Shown here in pieces: positions 7,668 through 13,749 of a stretch of DNA of 16,527 bases. Numbering within the stretch: position 1 is the stretch's first letter; each line of letters opens with the position of its first letter. The position numbers were made by a program, and so were the translations under genes. The notes beneath the pieces were generated by a model. The model saw only the letters and a list, made by a program, of their open reading frames with translations, was not told the DNA's origin and ran no database searches. This DNA comes from Propionibacterium ruminifibrarum (GTDB lineage: Bacteria; Actinomycetota; Actinomycetes; Propionibacteriales; Propionibacteriaceae): NCBI RefSeq assembly GCF_900289195.1, contig NZ_OMOH01000016.1:1-16527 (forward strand), read 5' to 3'.

Positions 7668-7975
7668 TCGTTTCCAGTTATCACGTTCCTTGTTGACGGG
7701 TTGAACCAATCGGTCGATCAGGGGACACTCCCCTCACACGACCGCTGTTATGCCCTCAACAGAGCACACAGGATCGGACATCAACGGTCACAACTGGACA
7801 CGGCAAATAAAATCCCGGGAATCTCATGATCCGAGATCATTCGTTTCGAGATTCGGTCATCGTGGTGCTCGGCCGGCGGGCTGCCGTCTCACCACACCCC
7901 TCGAACCGTACCAGCGAGCCTCGGAGAGGCAGTTGACCGCACCGAGGGCGCGGGTTGACGAGCGATCACCACACC

Positions 7976-8005
7976 CTGGTCAGGTGGGCCTCGGCCCGAT
8001 AGCTT
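7976..8005 (+). promoter_or_regulatory. Putative leaderless promoter of paralog 2 (CTGGTC, 18 nt, TAGCTT, 7 nt, ATG 8013)
   Basis: Same TANNNT+7 geometry as the other four paralogs, with no SD sequence. Confidence 0.45.
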
Positions 8006-8012
8006 TGTCATC

Positions 8013-8642
8013 ATGCCCAGGACGAACCCCGTTCCCGAGACAGGGACCTCGTTGGCCAGGGGAACGGCCATCGCAGCCCTCGTCTACCACGGCGCCACGC
8101 TCCTGGTGGCCATGGCCCTCGCGATGGTTTACGGCCCGGTGATCTTCATCTTCGGGGGCGCCGCACTCTCCATGGAGGACTACAACAGCCGCGCCGCGGC
8201 GACGGCCATGGTCTTTCTTCTGATGCTCATCATCGCCCTCGTCGTTGTCGCCTCACCCGTCGCGCTGGCTGTCTGGATGATGATCGCCGAGCGCCGCAAC
8301 AACTCGGGGCAGGTGGGGGCGGCGCTCATCGGTTTCTCCCTGCTGGCCGGGCTCGCCCTGATCGCCGTGGTGACCTGGCTCCTCACATCCGGCCCGGGCG
8401 CCCCGACCGCTGTCCTTCTCATGTTTCTCCCCGAGTGCGTCATCATCATTCTCGGGTGGATCGGCTGGGCTCGCATGAGAGGCGCCTGTGCACCCGGCCC
8501 GTTCCCGAACCAGATGCACATCGGCCCCCATCCCACACCCGTCCAACAGCATGCGTCCCACCACGGCCGGCCCCTGACGCCGCCGACCTCGCCGTGGCAG
8601 GGGCAGGAGTCGCCCTGGCCGGCACCAGGGCGGATGGGCTGA
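8013..8642 (+). CDS. Paralog 2 (type B) of the four-TM Pro-rich-tail membrane protein family; hypothetical protein
   Basis: 209 aa. Motifs TSLARGTAIAALVYHG, SPVALAVWMMIAERR, LPECVIIILGWIGWARMR, and tail ending TSPWQGQESPWPAPGRMG. Shares YGPVIFIFGGAALSMEDY with paralog 4. Confidence 0.8.
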   Translation: MPRTNPVPETGTSLARGTAIAALVYHGATLLVAMALAMVYGPVIFIFGGAALSMEDYNSRAAATAMVFLLMLIIALVVVASPVALAVWMMIAERRNNSGQVGAALIGFSLLAGLALIAVVTWLLTSGPGAPTAVLLMFLPECVIIILGWIGWARMRGACAPGPFPNQMHIGPHPTPVQQHASHHGRPLTPPTSPWQGQESPWPAPGRMG

Positions 8643-8815
8643 CGCCCCCGGCCACGCCCGACCCAATGACCGCGCATCCGTTCTCGGCCCTCACCGGGAA
8701 ACCTCGACCCGACGCCGGCCCGTACCCTCCCTCCCGATGGGCACGATGAGGCGGATCCGACACGCGACCGGGCGAGATCCAGAGGTCCACTGAGAAGAAC
8801 TCCTCACGAACACCC

Positions 8816-8846
8816 CTGGCCGGGCAGGCCGCCACCCCCGTAACCT
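8816..8846 (+). promoter_or_regulatory. Putative leaderless promoter of paralog 3 (CTGGCC, 19 nt, TAACCT, 7 nt, ATG 8854)
   Basis: Same geometry as the other paralogs, with no SD sequence. Confidence 0.45.
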
Positions 8847-8853
8847 CAAGGCC

Positions 8854-9480
8854 ATGAGCCAGATCACCCCAGCCCCCGAGGCCAACATCTCATTGGCCAA
8901 GGGCTCGGCCATCCTCGCCATCGTCTATCACAGCATCCTCGTTGCGACGGCTTTGGCCACCACCGTAGCCATCGGCGGGATGACAACGCTGATGGGCTAC
9001 AGCGGATCCGGAGGACTCGAGGGCGAAGGGTCTCGAGCCGCGAGGGAAGTCATGCTCATCACCGTGATGGCCCTCATGGCCACTCTCGCGCTCCTGACCC
9101 TGTCGATCTGGATGCTCGTCTCCGTACGTCGTTACCGCCTCTGGCACGTGTGCACAGCGCTCATCGTCTTCTCGGGGCTCGCCGCGCTCCCCCTGATCAT
9201 CGCGGCGATCGGGCTAGCGCCCAGCGCCCTGTTCTCGTTCAGCCTCTACCTCCTCCCCGAAATCCTCGTCGCCCTTCTCGGCTGGTTCGGCTGGTTCCGC
9301 ATGAGACGCCCACCCGAGGTACCCGCCGTCGGCCAGTTCTCGTACCAGCTGCCGCCGCCCGGCCCCTACACCGCCCATCCCCCGCAGTACGCGCCCGCGC
9401 CCTACCGCCTGCCCCCGCCGAGCTCATCGCCCTGGTACGGGCAGAGCACGCCCTGGCCCGGTGGACAGCCGGGCCGGTAG
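8854..9480 (+). CDS. Paralog 3 (type C, most divergent) of the four-TM Pro-rich-tail membrane protein family; hypothetical protein
   Basis: 208 aa. Motifs NISLAKGSAILAIVYHS, LSIWMLVSVRR, LPEILVALLGWFGWFRMRRPP, and tail PPPGPYTAHPPQYAPAPYRLPPPSSSPWYGQSTPWPGGQPGR. Confidence 0.8.
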   Translation: MSQITPAPEANISLAKGSAILAIVYHSILVATALATTVAIGGMTTLMGYSGSGGLEGEGSRAAREVMLITVMALMATLALLTLSIWMLVSVRRYRLWHVCTALIVFSGLAALPLIIAAIGLAPSALFSFSLYLLPEILVALLGWFGWFRMRRPPEVPAVGQFSYQLPPPGPYTAHPPQYAPAPYRLPPPSSSPWYGQSTPWPGGQPGR

Positions 9481-9483
9481 CCT
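9453..9483 (+). promoter_or_regulatory. Putative leaderless promoter of paralog 4, embedded in the 3' end of paralog 3 (CTGGCC, 19 nt, TAGCCT, 7 nt, ATG 9491)
   Basis: The TAG of the -10 hexamer (9478-9480) is the stop codon of paralog 3. The -35-like element lies in the codons for the terminal TPWPG motif. Confidence 0.45.
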
Positions 9484-9490
9484 GGCGGCC

Positions 9491-10141
9491 ATGACGCAGC
9501 TCAGCCCCGCTCCACAGACAGACGTCTCGTTGGTCAGGGGAACGGCCATCGCCGCCCTCATCTACCAGGGCGCCATCTTCCTGGCAGCCATGGCCGTCGC
9601 GCTGACCTACGGCCCGATCATCTTCATCTTCGGCGGCGCCGCGCTCTCCATGGAGGGCTACAGCAGTCAAGCCATGACGGACGCCGGAATCTTCTTCCTG
9701 GTGTGCATCGCCGCTTTCGTCCTTACCACGGCGCCCTTCGTCCTAGCGGTTTGCATGTTCATCGCCGCACGCCGCAATGACATACGCCAGATGAAGGTGG
9801 TGCTCGTCCTCTTCACCCTGGTGTCCGCACTCACACCGATCGGCATGGTGGCCCTGATCGCAACCGCCCACCACATCCCGGCCGCCGCCCTTCTCGCGAC
9901 GATCCCCGAGTGGGCGATCGTCGTTCTTGGCTGGACCGGTTGGACACGCATGAGGCACCCGTCAGCACCAGTCGCCGACCAGTCGCCTCAGCAGATGCCT
10001 CAGCCGGCCCCCGGGGTGCTGGCTCAGCACCCCGAGCCAGTACCTCACCACGGCCAGTCCCAGACGCTCCCCACCGACCTCGCCGTGGCAGGGACAGGTG
10101 TCACCAGGTCACCATGGCAGGCGCCGGGGCGGATGGGTTGA
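9491..10141 (+). CDS. Paralog 4 (type B') of the four-TM Pro-rich-tail membrane protein family; hypothetical protein
   Basis: 216 aa from ATG 9491 (MTQLSPAPQTDVSLVRGTAIAALIYQG), aligned with the N-termini of the other paralogs. The ORF track's GTG 9461 start adds 10 residues that overlap paralog 3. Motifs YGPIIFIFGGAALSMEGY, IPEWAIVVLGWTGWTRMR, ending RSPWQAPGRMG. Confidence 0.8.
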   Translation: MTQLSPAPQTDVSLVRGTAIAALIYQGAIFLAAMAVALTYGPIIFIFGGAALSMEGYSSQAMTDAGIFFLVCIAAFVLTTAPFVLAVCMFIAARRNDIRQMKVVLVLFTLVSALTPIGMVALIATAHHIPAAALLATIPEWAIVVLGWTGWTRMRHPSAPVADQSPQQMPQPAPGVLAQHPEPVPHHGQSQTLPTDLAVAGTGVTRSPWQAPGRMG

Positions 10142-10213
10142 GGCTCCCCGCGGTCGGGACGGTGCCGGACAACCACGCCCCCAGACTCGCCCGAAAACCG
10201 CCGACCTCGACAG

Positions 10214-10280
10214 CCGCCATGCCCGACGGCACTGCTCACCGGGCATGGCGGCGAAAGGGCCCCGCCTGCGCCGCGGGGCC
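10214..10280 (+). terminator. Two consecutive GC-rich hairpins in the paralog 4/5 spacer (candidate terminator or insulator)
   Basis: CCGCCATGCCCG (10214-10225) and CGGGCATGGCGG (10240-10251) form a perfect 12-bp stem with a 14-nt loop. GGCCCCGC (10258-10265) and GCGGGGCC (10273-10280) then form an 8-bp stem with a 7-nt loop. There is no U-tract. Confidence 0.4.
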
Positions 10281-10375
10281 GCCCGGGGCATCACGGCCCG
10301 GTCGTCTTTCGCACACAGTCTCGTTGTCACGAACCAGACCGGCTCCTCCCCGCCGCCCACCACGCGGCCATGGTC

Positions 10376-10405
10376 TTGGCCGGATGCGCCGGCACCCCGT
10401 AGCCT
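10376..10405 (+). promoter_or_regulatory. Putative leaderless promoter of paralog 5 (TTGGCC, 18 nt, TAGCCT, 7 nt, ATG 10413)
   Basis: Nearly identical to the paralog 1 promoter: TCTTGGCCGG...CCCGTAG(C/T)CTCGTC. Confidence 0.45.
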
Positions 10406-10412
10406 CGTCCTC

Positions 10413-11066
10413 ATGACCCAGAACAGCCTCACCCCGGCAGGAAACGCCTCACTGGTCAAGGGAGCCGCGATCGCGGCACTGGTCTATCGCGGTCTCGCCT
10501 TCCTGGCGTTCGGATTCTTCGCGTCCAGCCTCACATCGCTGTTCTTCCCCTTGGCGTCCCTTGTCCCCACTGGCACCAGCGATTCCCCCAGTGAGTTGTC
10601 GGCGGCCCCCGCGGTTCTGCTCATCTTCCTTCTCACTGCCCTCGGCGCCCCCGTTGCGCTGTCGATCTGGATGCTCGCCGCAGCGAATCGGGGCCGCTCG
10701 GGGCAGGTGCTCGCGGCACTCATCCTGTACTCGATCCCCCTCGGTCTCTCCCTGATCGAGGGGATCGTCGTTGTCGTCTCGTACGATCACGACCCGGCCC
10801 TGTCTGGCCCCTCCCTCAACCCCGTGATCGGGATCCTGCCCGAAGCGGCCATCATCATCGTCGGCTGGGTCGGCTGGTGGCAGATGAGACGCCCACCCGC
10901 GGCGCCCGCCATCGACCAACCCCCATACCAGGTGCAGCAGCCGATCCCCTACACCGCACCCCCACAGCAGTACGCACCGCCGTATCAGGGCCCGCCCCAG
11001 ACGCCCCAGCCTCCGCCGCAGCCGGGGCAGAGCTCACCGTGGCAGCGGCCGGGCCAGAGGGGTTGA
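10413..11066 (+). CDS. Paralog 5 (type A') of the four-TM Pro-rich-tail membrane protein family; hypothetical protein
   Basis: 217 aa from ATG 10413 (MTQNSLTPAGNASLVKGAAIAALVYRG). The track's 322-aa ORF carries a 105-aa Arg/Pro-rich N-terminal extension with no counterpart in the other paralogs. The C-terminal ~65 aa are almost identical to paralog 1. Confidence 0.8.
   Translation: MTQNSLTPAGNASLVKGAAIAALVYRGLAFLAFGFFASSLTSLFFPLASLVPTGTSDSPSELSAAPAVLLIFLLTALGAPVALSIWMLAAANRGRSGQVLAALILYSIPLGLSLIEGIVVVVSYDHDPALSGPSLNPVIGILPEAAIIIVGWVGWWQMRRPPAAPAIDQPPYQVQQPIPYTAPPQQYAPPYQGPPQTPQPPPQPGQSSPWQRPGQRG
10848..11042 (+). repeat. Right copy of the 195-nt direct repeat (3' end of paralog 5), about 94% identical to 755-949
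   Basis: See 755-949. Confidence 0.8.
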
Positions 11067-11326
11067 CGGACGGCTCGCAGGTCACCGCCCCGCTGGGCGT
11101 ACGACCGCGAGGAATCCGGTGATGCCGCCGTCGGCGCCCGGTGACCTGCTCGGGTGCGAACGGATCACCCATGGCCACCGCGATGTATCTGGCCTGCGGT
11201 TCACGGGCGACGAGTTCCATGACCGGACGCCTGATGCGCTGATTGCGCCACCCGGTACCGGGTCCGGTGACCGACGGGCCGCTCAAGGGGCTTCAGCGTT
11301 CGGGCCGCGCTCCGTCCCTGCGATCG

Positions 11327-12793
11327 TCAGCGAGACGCCCCACCTCGCCGGGAAACCGTTCGGGCATGCCGCAACCCCGGGTCGGGACTGCTCCAGCGCC
11401 CGCCCGTGATGTCGATGACCACGCCGGTCACCACGCAGACCAGCGTCGGGAAGGTCCAGCCCGTCTCGTCGTTCCAGAGCCGGGTGCGAGCCAGCAGGAC
11501 GCTGGGTGCGGTGACACCGAGAGCGCTCAGCGCCGAGACCAGGCCAAGCAGCCCGGCGCAGGCCGTGCCCCATCGGTACGCGGCACGCAGGTGGCCGGGT
11601 GCCACCGCGTCGACGAGGGTGACCGCGACGAGCGTGATGGCGACCGGGTACAGCAGCAGGGTGATGGGGAAGACGATCCTCACGATCATGCCGAGCCCCA
11701 GGTTCGCCAGGAAGAAGCAGACCACCGTGCCCGCCACGAGCTGTCGGCCGAAGCCCACTCGTGGCCATGCTGTCGCCGCATAGCTCGACCAGGCGCTGAG
11801 CAGGCCGGCCGATGTGGTGAGACAGGCGAGGATGACCACGGCGGCGAAGATCACGACACCGGCACCGCCCAGCGAATGGGCTGCGGCGCCCCGCAGCAGC
11901 CCCGCGCCATCGCTCGGGTCGCCACCACCGACACGGGCACCGAGCATGGCCAGGCCAAGGTAGACCAGGCCCAGTAGCGCGGCGGCGATGGCAGCGGCCA
12001 CCGAGGCGGCACTGACGGTCCTGCGGCGGTCCGTCGCTCCCTGCGAGTCCAGCGCGTTGAGCACGACGAGGCCGAACACCGAGGCCGCCAGCACGTCCAT
12101 CGTGAGGTACCCCTGCACGAGGCCGGTTCGGAACGGACTGGTCGCATATCCACCGGCGGGCTCCTGCTCGGCTGCGGGGAGCCGTACGAGGACGACCACG
12201 CACAGCACCGCAACGAGTATGAGCAGTGTCGGGGTGAGCCAGTGTCCGATCCGGTCGGCCAGGCGGGAGGGTTTGAGGGCCAGCAGCAGGGTGAGGCACC
12301 CGAACACGGCCGCGTGCACGGGCAGCGCCCAACGTCCGGGCTCGACGCCGGCCTGAGCCAGCAACGAGCGGGTGGCCAGTTCGTACGAGACCGTCACGAC
12401 GCGCGGCACCGCGTACAGGGGACCGATGACGAGGTAGACGACCAGCGGCATGAGGGTACCGAACCGGGGCCCGACGCGGTGCGCGATGCCGCTGATACCC
12501 TCCCCCGAGGTCGACACGGCGACAATCGTGGCGAGCGGCAGGATCACTCCGGTGAGGAGGAAGCCCGCGAGGACGACGGGGAGGTGCGCACCGGCCGAGG
12601 CGCCCAGCACCGGCGGGAAGATGAGGTTCCCCGCGCCGAAGAACAGGGCGAAGAGCATGAGCCCGGTCGTGGTGACGTGACCGGTGGGGTTGGTCTGGGC
12701 AGGCACGGGGACCTCTTGTCTGGTACGGCGGCGTGGCAGGGACCCGTACACAGTAGACGAGGAGGCAACCTTGCCCACATCAGTGGCTGGCAC
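11327..12793 (-). CDS. brnQ: Branched-chain amino acid transport system II carrier protein (LIVCS family)
   Basis: GLMLFALFFGAGNLIFPPVLG is the BrnQ signature near the N-terminus. There are about 12 TM segments. The track start GTG 12793 gives an unusually long N-terminus. GTG 12706, preceded by AAGAGG at 6 nt, is a plausible alternative (460 aa). Confidence 0.85.
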   Translation of the reverse strand: MPATDVGKVASSSTVYGSLPRRRTRQEVPVPAQTNPTGHVTTTGLMLFALFFGAGNLIFPPVLGASAGAHLPVVLAGFLLTGVILPLATIVAVSTSGEGISGIAHRVGPRFGTLMPLVVYLVIGPLYAVPRVVTVSYELATRSLLAQAGVEPGRWALPVHAAVFGCLTLLLALKPSRLADRIGHWLTPTLLILVAVLCVVVLVRLPAAEQEPAGGYATSPFRTGLVQGYLTMDVLAASVFGLVVLNALDSQGATDRRRTVSAASVAAAIAAALLGLVYLGLAMLGARVGGGDPSDGAGLLRGAAAHSLGGAGVVIFAAVVILACLTTSAGLLSAWSSYAATAWPRVGFGRQLVAGTVVCFFLANLGLGMIVRIVFPITLLLYPVAITLVAVTLVDAVAPGHLRAAYRWGTACAGLLGLVSALSALGVTAPSVLLARTRLWNDETGWTFPTLVCVVTGVVIDITGGRWSSPDPGLRHARTVSRRGGASR

Positions 12794-12820
12794 GACGGCT
12801 GGTCCCCTACGGGCAGGGCC

Positions 12821-13537
12821 TCACAGGGACGCGCCCGTGCGCCGCTCGAGAATGCCGATGAGCCGGTTCTGGAACCTCGGGTCGAGGGCCGCCCGATGCG
12901 GCTCGGTGGCACGACGGTGGTGCCAGTAGCCTCCGGTGCGCGGGGTGATGTCGGTCTCGGGCGCGGTGGCGAGCCATTCCTGGGTGCGGTGCCCGGCGGT
13001 GAGGTCGTCCGGGGCGCCCGGGCCGCCCATTCTCGTGGGCACCCAGCCGGGATCGACGGCATGGGCGAGCGTGTCACCGCTGCTGCGGGCGAGGGCCATG
13101 GCGAACGCCGTGACGCACAGCTTGCTCGTGCTGTACGAGCCCCGGTCGAAGTCGTCGGCGCCGACTCGGGTGTCACCGTCGCGGTGCATCGAGCTGGACG
13201 TGACGATGATGCGCCCGGGCAGCGGCATGCAAGCGGTGAGCAGGTAGGGGGCCACCACATTGACGGCCATGACGTCCGGGCCGCTGAGGACACCGGCATT
13301 GTGGATGACCGCGTCGAGGGGGCCGAGAGCGGCCGCCTGCTCGGCGACGGCCCGCACCTGGCCGGGGTCGGCCAGGTCGCCGCAGATCACGGTGTGCATG
13401 CGGGCGAGCACGTCCGGGTCGGTGAGCCGATCTGCGCTGCGCAGGTGAGCAACCACATCGTGCCCCGCGTCGGCGAGGGATTCCGCGATGAGTCGCCCCA
13501 GCCCCGAGGACGCCCCTGTCACCATCACCCGTGCCAT
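12821..13537 (-). CDS. SDR-family (short-chain dehydrogenase/reductase) oxidoreductase
   Basis: VTGASSGLG (TGxxxGxG) cofactor motif and YSTSK (YxxxK) catalytic motif. ATG 13537 is preceded by GGAGAGGAG at 6 nt. The track uses TTG 13543. Confidence 0.85.
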   Translation of the reverse strand: MARVMVTGASSGLGRLIAESLADAGHDVVAHLRSADRLTDPDVLARMHTVICGDLADPGQVRAVAEQAAALGPLDAVIHNAGVLSGPDVMAVNVVAPYLLTACMPLPGRIIVTSSSMHRDGDTRVGADDFDRGSYSTSKLCVTAFAMALARSSGDTLAHAVDPGWVPTRMGGPGAPDDLTAGHRTQEWLATAPETDITPRTGGYWHHRRATEPHRAALDPRFQNRLIGILERRTGASL

Positions 13538-13749
13538 GGTCAACTCCTCTCCTGCGGAGCCAGCATGTCATGCCCGACGGGCCGCGGCCAGAGCAGGTCC
13601 ACGTGGCAGGGCCCGTGCGGGACGTCAGACCAGCTCGCGTCCTGGCAGGGAGCCTCTTGGTCCTCGTCCGCCATGAGCCATGGCTGCCGAGGCGCACGTC
13701 GGCCGATCAGCAGGCGCAGCCGGGCCGCAGAAGGCCGGACGTCCAGCCC

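Noticed and set aside
10098-10412. 105-aa N-terminal extension of paralog 5 (and the 10-aa GTG 9461 extension of paralog 4)
   Set aside because: The extensions have no counterpart in the other paralogs, and their composition is Arg/Pro/Gly-rich high-GC frame noise. The conserved N-termini and the TANNNT+7 signal align on ATG 10413 and ATG 9491.
10855-11286. 143-aa minus-strand ORF downstream of paralog 5 (MSGPSVTGPGTGWRNQRIRRPVMELVAREPQARYIAVAMGDPFAPEQV...)
   Set aside because: Its 3' two-thirds is antisense to paralog 5. The first ~60 residues (11100-11286) might be a gene fragment, but I recognise no family and see no RBS. I leave it uncalled. A BLASTX of 11067-11326 would settle it.
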